NCBI RefSeq assembly: GCF_000010625.1
Contig: NC_010296.1
Location: 5,610,001 to 5,642,000, forward strand
Origin: Microcystis aeruginosa NIES-843
GTDB lineage: Bacteria; Cyanobacteriota; Cyanobacteriia; Cyanobacteriales; Microcystaceae
DNA: 32,000 nt
Reading direction: 5' to 3'
The notes beneath the pieces are model-generated. The model was not told the DNA's origin. It ran no database searches and worked only from the letters and a program-made list of their open reading frames with translations. Positions 25,188 through 32,000 of the stretch are shown here, one piece after another (position 1 is the first letter of the stretch; each line of letters starts with the position of its first letter). Both the position numbers and the translations under genes were made by a program.

Positions 25188-25343
25188 TATATAGCAATTC
25201 CCATAGTTGTGAGGTACAGAGTCTTAGGTTTTGAGGAGTCAGGATTCAGGATTCAGGATTCAGGATTCAGGAGTCAGGAGTCAGGATTCGGGATTCAGGA
25301 GTTAAGATTTTGGTGTACCTCATGAGATTGGGAAACGCTATAT
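25188..25343. repeat. Palindromic element: imperfect inverted arms of ~30 bp flanking an 11-unit (AGGATTC/AGGAGTC) heptamer array
   Basis: Heptamer array at 25234-25310. TGAGGTACA (25210-25218) pairs with TGTACCTCA (25314-25322). The outer arms, TATATAGCAATTCCCATAG versus ATTGGGAAACGCTATAT, are partly complementary. Confidence 0.75.
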
Positions 25344-25489
25344 TTTCAGGCATTTTTAGTCATTGCCCCTTGCATAATTAATTTTTGGGGGTTGAAAAAA
25401 TGAAAAAACTAAGTATAAAGTACCACAAAATCTCTAAATAGACAATTTGATTGATTATTATTCGTTCTTGATTCTCCTGACTTGAAAGA

Positions 25490-25534
25490 GGGTGTGGGGT
25501 GTGGGGTGTGGGGTGTGGGGTGTAGGGTGTGGGG
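25490..25534. repeat. (GGGGTGT)n G-rich heptamer array
   Basis: Read directly. Confidence 0.9.
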
Positions 25535-25728
25535 AAGGAAACCTCTTTCATCTGTGGGGGTGAAAATTTTTTCATCGGGACTGCCTAGGGACTCCTAAAC
25601 CACCACTACAGGCAAATCCCTAACCCCTGTAAAACTTTTTTGCCGAAAGTGACCGATCTGCGTAATAATTCTTTAATAAAGATTTGTAAACTTGAAAATG
25701 ATTATCCTTTCGCAGTGCTAGAGATTTA

Positions 25729-26643
25729 ATGAGACGACTAATTGCGATCGAAAAAGCTCTGCTCATCGGTCATATCGTATCGATGGCTTTTGGACTAGCG
25801 GGATTGTTGCTAGTTTTGCCCCATCCCGAATTTGTGGCCAATTTACCAGATTTTGGCAAAACTGCCTTTGCTTGGTCAATGGCCGGGGGGGGTGTGGTGT
25901 ATATGGTGTTAGGAATGGCAGCGGTGGCTGTTTATGCCTATCGGACTCTAGGAGTGTGGCACTGGTTAGGATTCATGGTTCCCGCTATCAGTTTATCCCT
26001 TTGTAGCGAACTTTTGGGAACCAGTACCGGCTTTCCTTTCGGTCATTATCGTTATCTTTCGGGCTTAGGTTACAAAATTGCGGGTTTAGTACCCTTTACT
26101 ATCCCCCTATCTTGGTTTTATCTCGGTTTTAGTGCCTATATTATCGCTCGTGTTGGTTTATCCACTCTTGCTATACCCCAGTGGCTACAAAATCTAGGAG
26201 CGATCGCTATCGGGGCGGTATTATTAACTTCCTGGGATTTTGTCCTAGATCCGGCCATGAGTCAAAGTACCATCCCCTTCTGGATTTGGGAACAACCGGG
26301 GGCCTTCTTTGGGATGCCCTATGAAAATTTTACTGGTTGGTTCGGTACAGGTTGTGTTTTTATGACGGTAGCCACTTTAATTTGGCAAGTGCAACCGGTG
26401 AAACTGCCAAGTCAAGATTTAACCCTGCCTTTTGTGATGTATTTGGGTAATTTTGGCTTTGCTACGGTCATGAGTATCGGTGCTGGTATTTATCCGCCGA
26501 TTTTCTTAGGATTACTCACCGGTATTCTGCCTTTAATACTCCTCTATAATCGCGCCAAGGCTGTTGCTTCCGGGCAAACAGTGGCAACCAGCGAAGTAAC
26601 AACCCTAAAAATCCCCGTTGTTTCGGTGAGAGGAGCCAAATAA
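25729..26643 (+). CDS. cruF: Carotenoid biosynthesis membrane protein, DUF422/CruF-like (gamma-carotene 1'-hydroxylase candidate; 304 aa)
   Basis: Polytopic membrane protein with SWDFVLDPAMS and FGMPYENFTGWF motifs resembling the CruF/DUF422 family. A GT2 gene follows immediately, as with cruF-cruG in other cyanobacteria. The assignment is by recall and has not been searched. Confidence 0.55.
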   Translation: MRRLIAIEKALLIGHIVSMAFGLAGLLLVLPHPEFVANLPDFGKTAFAWSMAGGGVVYMVLGMAAVAVYAYRTLGVWHWLGFMVPAISLSLCSELLGTSTGFPFGHYRYLSGLGYKIAGLVPFTIPLSWFYLGFSAYIIARVGLSTLAIPQWLQNLGAIAIGAVLLTSWDFVLDPAMSQSTIPFWIWEQPGAFFGMPYENFTGWFGTGCVFMTVATLIWQVQPVKLPSQDLTLPFVMYLGNFGFATVMSIGAGIYPPIFLGLLTGILPLILLYNRAKAVASGQTVATSEVTTLKIPVVSVRGAK

Positions 26644-26644
26644 G

Positions 26645-27835
26645 TTGTTAACTGAGATAATTCTCGGTGCATTCTGCCTGGGGCTACTGCTGTCTCAGGC
26701 TGTTGCCTTTTTTATCCTTCTTTCCCGTCTGCTAAAAGGGGCGCGTCGTCGTCCTCCCCTGACTCCCCAACCCCCCACCCCGGAGATGTTAGGGACAGTA
26801 AGCGTGATTGTGCCGACGTTAAACGAAGTGGCCAGGATTGACGGTTGTTTACAGGGATTGAGTCAACAGAGTTACGAAGTGCGAGAAATTCTGATTGTCG
26901 ATAGCAATTCCCAAGATGGTACGCGGGAAAAAGTCAAAGAGATAGCGGCAAAAGACCCCCGCTTTCGCTTGAAAACCGATTATCCTTTGCCCCCCGATTG
27001 GGTAGGTCGTCCCTGGGCGTTACACAATGGTTTTTTGTTTAGTTCTCCTAAAAGTGACTGGATTTTGGGCATTGATGCCGATACCCAACCCCAAGCAAAT
27101 TTAGTGGCTAGTTTAGTTAAAGCTGCGATCGCAGAAGGTTACGATTTAGTTTCCCTGTCGCCGCAATTTATCCTCTCCTATCCGGGAGAATGGTGGTTAC
27201 AGCCAGCTTTATTGATGACTTTGCTCTATCGCTTTGATGCGGCCGGAGTGCGCGAGCAAGATCCCGAAAGAGTGATGGCCAATGGTCAATGTTTTCTCTG
27301 CCGGCGGTCAGTTTTAGCGGCTTTAGACGGTTATAGCGGGGCAAAAGGTTCTTTTTGCGATGATGTCACCCTGGCCCGTCTAGCGGCAACGAAAGGCTAT
27401 CGGGTGGGATTTCTCGATGGGGCGAAGTTGATTCGCGTGCGGATGTACGAAGGACTTAAGGAAACTTGGCGCGAATGGGGCAGATCTCTTGACCTCAAAG
27501 ATGCCTCCTATCAGGGGCAATTATGGGGCGATTTAGCTTTATTAGCTCTTACTCAGGGATTACCGATAATTATCACTCCTTTACTGCTCACAGCTTTGAT
27601 TTTTGGCTACAATTTCCTGAGTTTAAAAATTGTCTTGACTTTAAACCTGCTGCTGTTATTGATTCGTTTTGCCCTTTTATTGGCTGTCTCTCCTAGCTAC
27701 TATCGGGGCGAAAAAGTCAATCTATCTTCAGGATTATTTTGGCTATCTCCCCTAGCAGATCCGCTGGCAGTTATCCGCATTTTTGTCTCTGCTTTTACCC
27801 GTCCCCAAAGTTGGCGCGGTCGAGTGTATCAGTAA
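26645..27835 (+). CDS. cruG: Family-2 glycosyltransferase, CruG-like (myxol 2'-O-glycosyltransferase candidate; 396 aa)
   Basis: VSVIVPTLNE, a GIDADT DxD motif, an N-terminal TM helix and C-terminal TM helices. The TTG start is 1 nt after the cruF stop. Confidence 0.55.
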   Translation: MLTEIILGAFCLGLLLSQAVAFFILLSRLLKGARRRPPLTPQPPTPEMLGTVSVIVPTLNEVARIDGCLQGLSQQSYEVREILIVDSNSQDGTREKVKEIAAKDPRFRLKTDYPLPPDWVGRPWALHNGFLFSSPKSDWILGIDADTQPQANLVASLVKAAIAEGYDLVSLSPQFILSYPGEWWLQPALLMTLLYRFDAAGVREQDPERVMANGQCFLCRRSVLAALDGYSGAKGSFCDDVTLARLAATKGYRVGFLDGAKLIRVRMYEGLKETWREWGRSLDLKDASYQGQLWGDLALLALTQGLPIIITPLLLTALIFGYNFLSLKIVLTLNLLLLLIRFALLLAVSPSYYRGEKVNLSSGLFWLSPLADPLAVIRIFVSAFTRPQSWRGRVYQ

Positions 27836-27952
27836 TATTTTTTGATATCCGTAAAGAGGTTGATGTACCTTGTAGTCACAATTAAGACGGTCAATGAGGC
27901 GAACTCATCAGACCACTATTTACTCCTTCTACATAATAATTGAGGCTCAACT

Positions 27953-28345
27953 ATGGACCCTATTTCTCTGATTCTTGCTGCTTTAGGGGCTGGTGCGCTC
28001 GCTGGCGCTAAGGATACCGCAGGAACAGCTGTTAAAGATGCCTATCAGGGTTTGAAGACTTTAATTAAGAAGAAGTTTGAAGGCGATGTTCTGGGACAAG
28101 CGATGGTAGATGCCAAACCAGAAGAAATCAAGCAAGCTGAAGGTTTGTTAAAAGATAAAATTACCAAAGCTGGTGCTGATCAAGATCAGGAAATCATTAA
28201 AGTGGCTCAGGATTTACTCGATCAAGTCAAAGAACAGCCCGGTGGACAGGAGATAATCAATCAAACTCAAACTAATACGGTGAGCGGCGTAACTGTTGGT
28301 GGAAACTTTGAATTTAAGCCAGTTCAAGAAGGCAAGAAGAGTTAA
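27953..28345 (+). CDS. Small hypothetical protein (130 aa) with a Gly/Ala-rich hydrophobic N-terminal helix and a charged helical body
   Basis: ORF track, with GAGG 8 nt upstream of the ATG. MDPISLILAALGAGALAGAKDTAG is followed by K/E/D/Q-rich sequence. I recognise no enzymatic motif. Confidence 0.65.
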   Translation: MDPISLILAALGAGALAGAKDTAGTAVKDAYQGLKTLIKKKFEGDVLGQAMVDAKPEEIKQAEGLLKDKITKAGADQDQEIIKVAQDLLDQVKEQPGGQEIINQTQTNTVSGVTVGGNFEFKPVQEGKKS

Positions 28346-28484
28346 GAAAGCGTGAATTTGAATAAGGGTTCGGTAAAATTTGACCACTTAAACAAAGATT
28401 AGAAGGAGTGCTGGATTTAGCTGAACCGACAGCCATTTGTTGCATCTCTGGTCCCTAAAACAAAACATCGGAGATGCCACTACT

Positions 28485-30824
28485 ATGAGCCAGTCAATTC
28501 CAGACCGTCAATCTCAGGAACAAGATAACCTGATTAAAGATACTAACGTTAGCGGTGATTTAATCTTCGCTCCCGTTCAAATTGGTACTAAAATTGAGAC
28601 TCAAATTGTCCAGATTTCAGTTGCTAAAGTTACGCAGCAACCATTGATTAAGGATTCACCTTATCAAGGACTGAAAAGATTTAATGTCAAAGACAGAGAT
28701 CGCTTTTTCGGTAGAGATAAGTTAATTGCCAGATTATTTGAGGCGGTGAATCGGAGCAACTTGAGTTTAGTGTTAGGGGCTTCTGGAAGCGGCAAGTCCT
28801 CTGTGGTGCGTGCGGGGTTAATTCCTGAGTTGGAAAAATCTCTGGAGTCTCAAACATTTTATGACTTCATCTTTACACCCAATCAAGATCCCTTTGAGTC
28901 CCTATATCGGTGTTTACTCAGTGAGGAGAAGAATTATAACTTCAGTAAATCAGACGCTAAGATTGCCCTAGAAGCAAAGGCAAATACGTTAAAAGAAGTG
29001 ATTCGCACCTTAAGGAACGATGGGGAACGGTGGCTAATTTTTGTCGATCAATTTGAGGAATTGTTCACTATTTGTGACGATCCAGATAAACGCAAAAATT
29101 TTATTTCAGGTCTGGTTGAAGTTGCTAAGTTTGGTGATAGTTCTGTCAAGATTGTACTGGCAATGCGGGCTGACTTTCTGGAGCAATTGAGTTTCTATCC
29201 CGATTTAGGTGCTATTGCCAATCAAAATAATATTCATCTGGTCACTGAAATGTTTCCAGATGAACTGCGACAGGCGATTGAGCAACCAGCAGCCAAGCAT
29301 GGGGTCGTGTTTGAAGAAGGGTTAGTTGAACAAATTATCAAGGAACTTGATGGACAAAAAGGTTATCTTCCCTTATTGCAATATACCCTGAATTTGCTTT
29401 GGAAAAGTGAATGCCAAACTCGCGGTGCTGATGGTCGCTTTGAGATCGAAGACCGTATCTTAAACAAGAAAAGTTATGCAGCGTTAGAGGGGGTAAGGGG
29501 AGCATTGCAAAAGCGGGTCAACGAGATATACAGCAATTTGAACCAAGACGAACAGACAACCACTAAGCAAATATTTTTGAAGCTAGTTAATTTTGTTGAT
29601 ACTGATTCAGGCAGTAGAGCAGTGAGCAGACGAGCTTATCGAAATGAATTTGTCGGTAAATCAGTAGAAAAGCTCCTCGAAAAGTTCATTAATAAAGAAA
29701 AGTTGCTAGTTAGTAGTAGCGAGTATTCTAGTACGGAAGAAATGCAAGCGAGTGACAGCAAGCGTCTGAAACAACTTCCAACCGTAGAAATTGCCCATGA
29801 AATTTTGCTCTCATCTTGGGATGAGTTAAAAGACTGGCTTGAAGAGGAAAAGGATGCAATTATCTTCAAAAATTGGTTGGCTGATGAGACAATACGGTGG
29901 CAAAAAATTCGTTTAGAGGATGAGTCTAAAGCTCAGGATGAACTCTTGAAGGGCTATCAATTGGCTAAGGCTGTAGAGTTGAGAAAGAACGATGCTTTTA
30001 AAAATCTTGATGGCTTAAGACCAGAAGAAAGTGAATTCATTGATGCCAGTGTCAATTGGCAACAGCAACAAGAGCAGCAAAAGAAAAACCGACGACGAAA
30101 TACCATTGTAAGCCTCGCTACTTTTTCAGTCATTTCTTTGGGGCTGGCCAGCTTTGCAGGAATTCAACTATTGAATGTTAAGAAGGCTAAACAAAGTACA
30201 CAAGAAGGACTTATTCGCTCTGCTTGGATAAGTCTTAAGCCATCAAAATGTGATGAAAAAGAATCTATCCGTGGATTTCGCTATCTCTACTGTATTATCA
30301 AAGAATTTGATGTTTATCGTCAATTAATTTTGAGTTCTGACTTACTTATTTTTAAAGAGGGTGGTCCCCATGATCGTAAAGCTTTGAATCTTGACAGTGC
30401 TGACAAGTTTGGTTATTACAACCCAGAATTTTTAGAATGGATTCAAAAGAAAGCCATTAACCCTAATGACGGCAAATTTAAGGAGCCAATCCAACTAGCT
30501 TACAATGATAAAATTAAAGTAGTAGCAAGATCTCTCTACCAAACACATAAAATTTTGTTCCCAACTCCTGAAGGATCTGATGAGTTTAAAGCAATCAAGA
30601 AGAAATATCAAGATCACCTTATAAAACAGGATCTTCCAAAGTATTATTTCGAGTACAAGTTCTGGGAACTCGTACAGAAGGAGGATACCCCTAAACACAT
30701 AACAGTGTCATCAGCAGGTTTTTGGGTTCGGCGCTCTATTGATGGAACAGAAAAACAGTTTTTTGATATCTTGACACAACTTCTGGAAATCTATGATTCA
30801 GAGTGGCTGAGTGAACACGAGTGA
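28485..30824 (+). CDS. STAND-like P-loop NTPase with one TM helix and an unassigned C-terminal domain (779 aa from ATG 28485; 795 aa if from TTG 28437)
   Basis: SPYQGLKRFNVKDRDRFFGRD, Walker A GASGSGKSS (from nt 28776), Walker B LIFVDQFEELF (from nt 29034), MRADF, LPLLQYTLNLLW and EIAHEILLSSWDELKDWLEEE. A TM helix TIVSLATFSVISLGLASFAGIQLL lies at nt 30102-30173. GGAGA sits ~10 nt upstream of ATG 28485. Confidence 0.8.
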   Translation: MSQSIPDRQSQEQDNLIKDTNVSGDLIFAPVQIGTKIETQIVQISVAKVTQQPLIKDSPYQGLKRFNVKDRDRFFGRDKLIARLFEAVNRSNLSLVLGASGSGKSSVVRAGLIPELEKSLESQTFYDFIFTPNQDPFESLYRCLLSEEKNYNFSKSDAKIALEAKANTLKEVIRTLRNDGERWLIFVDQFEELFTICDDPDKRKNFISGLVEVAKFGDSSVKIVLAMRADFLEQLSFYPDLGAIANQNNIHLVTEMFPDELRQAIEQPAAKHGVVFEEGLVEQIIKELDGQKGYLPLLQYTLNLLWKSECQTRGADGRFEIEDRILNKKSYAALEGVRGALQKRVNEIYSNLNQDEQTTTKQIFLKLVNFVDTDSGSRAVSRRAYRNEFVGKSVEKLLEKFINKEKLLVSSSEYSSTEEMQASDSKRLKQLPTVEIAHEILLSSWDELKDWLEEEKDAIIFKNWLADETIRWQKIRLEDESKAQDELLKGYQLAKAVELRKNDAFKNLDGLRPEESEFIDASVNWQQQQEQQKKNRRRNTIVSLATFSVISLGLASFAGIQLLNVKKAKQSTQEGLIRSAWISLKPSKCDEKESIRGFRYLYCIIKEFDVYRQLILSSDLLIFKEGGPHDRKALNLDSADKFGYYNPEFLEWIQKKAINPNDGKFKEPIQLAYNDKIKVVARSLYQTHKILFPTPEGSDEFKAIKKKYQDHLIKQDLPKYYFEYKFWELVQKEDTPKHITVSSAGFWVRRSIDGTEKQFFDILTQLLEIYDSEWLSEHE

Positions 30825-30827
30825 ACA

Positions 30828-31009
30828 GGGAGCATCTCACTTACGCGATAAGTAATTATACTTAGCCTAAAAGCCACTCTTAATCGTGTCTTGGAACGAA
30901 ATAGAGGCTTTTAAAGACTGCGTACATGGAGAATTAAAACAAGAATTACCCTCGAAAAGCCTATTTTTCCACTAAGTATTTATGCTCATTGCAAAGGTGA
31001 GATGCTCCC
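30828..31009. mobile_element. 182-bp MITE-like insertion with perfect 13-bp terminal inverted repeats and a 9-bp target-site duplication
   Basis: Left TIR GGGAGCATCTCAC (30828-30840) and right TIR GTGAGATGCTCCC (30997-31009). Flanking direct repeats GAGTGAACA lie at 30819-30827 and 31010-31018. Confidence 0.8.
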
Positions 31010-31046
31010 GAGTGAACAAAAGTTGCTGGATACCAATCCATCTCAA

Positions 31047-32000
31047 TTAAAACCGAGGAATATGATTAAAAAGATGACGCATGACGACAAACTCCCAACA
31101 AAATAACGAATAGCCATAACCCTGCTGCTCCACCGTCCTCACCTGAGCTTGTAAACCCTTTAAGGAAAAATCAGGATTCCAACCCGCATATAAACCCACC
31201 CCCACCGGCACATACCGGGAAGCTGTCGCCAGTCCCGATCCCGAAAGACTTGCCGCCACCTGATTGGGAGTTTTCCGATAGATCTGTAAGACCACCTCAT
31301 CCACAATCCCTTGACGCACCCAAGCCAACCAATTTTGATTATATTTATTCACCGCAAAAGAGTGAGGATTAGGCGAAAGACTCACCACCAACTTGGGATT
31401 AATCGCCTTGACATGATCGTGCAACTTGCGGGTTAAATTCGTTAAAGCCTGACTTTTATTACCAAAAACACGCGGAACTGCCCAATGATCATCTAACTGA
31501 ATCCCCGCCAAATCTTTTTCTTTTAAAATATCTTCCATATTCCCCAAAAGATAGGCTTGTACCTGCGGATTCGCCGGATCTAACCAGACATTGGTTTCCA
31601 CCACCGTCTTCCCTGCGGGCGTTTTTAATAGCCAATCCGGATGCTTTTTGGCAATAGGATCCTTAGGGGATAACATCAAACCATACTCAAACCAAGCAAA
31701 TGGTTTCAAACCCTGCCGTAAAGACTCCTTAACCGCTGCCCTCCAGGGATTGCTCAACGGCGGCACAAACAACCAATTCGTCGGACGTTGGGAAGTCGGA
31801 TAAAGCGTTCCCCTAAACCCATAAACACTAAAATACACCCGGTCATAACCCGATCGCGAAAGATGATTTAACACCTCATCTAAGGACGTAGTGTGATGTA
31901 ACAATATCGTGCCAATATTGGTTAACCAAACCCCCTTCATCTGCTCATTTTCCACTGCCTTTCGGGGAGCCGCTCGGTGAGTAACCAACAACAAAAAAGC
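31047..32000 (-). CDS. GHL10/DUF187-like glycoside hydrolase (family-10-like); the 5' end probably lies outside the window
   Basis: KGVWLTN...YDRVYFSVYG...TLYPTS...KPFAWFEYGLM...HPDWL...VWLDPANPQVQAYL...GIQLDDHW resembles DUF187/GHL10 proteins. The reading frame stays open to the window edge. Confidence 0.6.
   Translation of the reverse strand, partial: AFLLLVTHRAAPRKAVENEQMKGVWLTNIGTILLHHTTSLDEVLNHLSRSGYDRVYFSVYGFRGTLYPTSQRPTNWLFVPPLSNPWRAAVKESLRQGLKPFAWFEYGLMLSPKDPIAKKHPDWLLKTPAGKTVVETNVWLDPANPQVQAYLLGNMEDILKEKDLAGIQLDDHWAVPRVFGNKSQALTNLTRKLHDHVKAINPKLVVSLSPNPHSFAVNKYNQNWLAWVRQGIVDEVVLQIYRKTPNQVAASLSGSGLATASRYVPVGVGLYAGWNPDFSLKGLQAQVRTVEQQGYGYSLFCWEFVVMRHLFNHIPRF

Noticed and set aside
6027-25534. 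CRISPR array interpretation of the many short repeat clusters
   Set aside because: The units are 7-8 nt and directly tandem, with no 25-40 nt repeats separated by unique spacers. No cas genes are present.
1-27835. A carotenoid gene cluster linking the oxygenase at 1-647 with cruF/cruG at 25.7-27.8 kb
   Set aside because: The genes are 25 kb apart and separated by unrelated housekeeping genes, so there is no evidence of clustering beyond the cruF-cruG pair.

Overview
The window looks like cyanobacterial chromosome. GCGATCGC (HIP1) palindromes are frequent, and 7-8 nt tandem repeats (CTGATAA/CAGTTAT, GGGGTGT, TTACTGA, AGGATTC, CCCTAAAC) fill most intergenic spaces, a Microcystis-like style; that attribution is inference only.

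Content in order:
- The 5' part of a carotenoid cleavage oxygenase gene, not in the ORF track.
- A head-to-tail array of four near-identical Uma2/DUF820 nuclease-fold genes, whose C-terminal coiled coil varies through in-frame 21/42-bp repeats.
- DUF29, dCMP deaminase and HtpX genes.
- A CbiM/PDGLE/CbiQ/CbiO ECF metal-uptake operon interrupted by repeat arrays.
- A DUF6883/DUF4926 small-gene pair and a HEAT-repeat protein.
- Two GH57 glucan enzymes, a WD40 protein and RNase III.
- rnpB (RNase P RNA) carrying a ~115-nt heptamer-repeat insertion.
- An alpha/beta hydrolase and sasA.
- A solo TnpB element.
- A Ser/Thr kinase whose 5' region is duplicated exactly 10,800 bp away.
- A cruF/cruG-like carotenoid glycosylation pair.
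- A partial GHL10/DUF187-like hydrolase at the window end.

Best candidate for a new system (27,953-30,824): an AT-richer segment free of HIP1 and heptamer repeats. It encodes a 130-aa protein with a Gly/Ala-rich N-terminal helix, followed by a STAND-like P-loop NTPase. The NTPase has a single transmembrane helix plus an unrecognised ~215-aa C-terminal domain where repeat sensor domains would normally sit. The two proteins share a short terminal peptide motif, and a MITE with a target-site duplication sits on the NTPase stop codon.

All family assignments come from motif recognition by eye. No searches were run.
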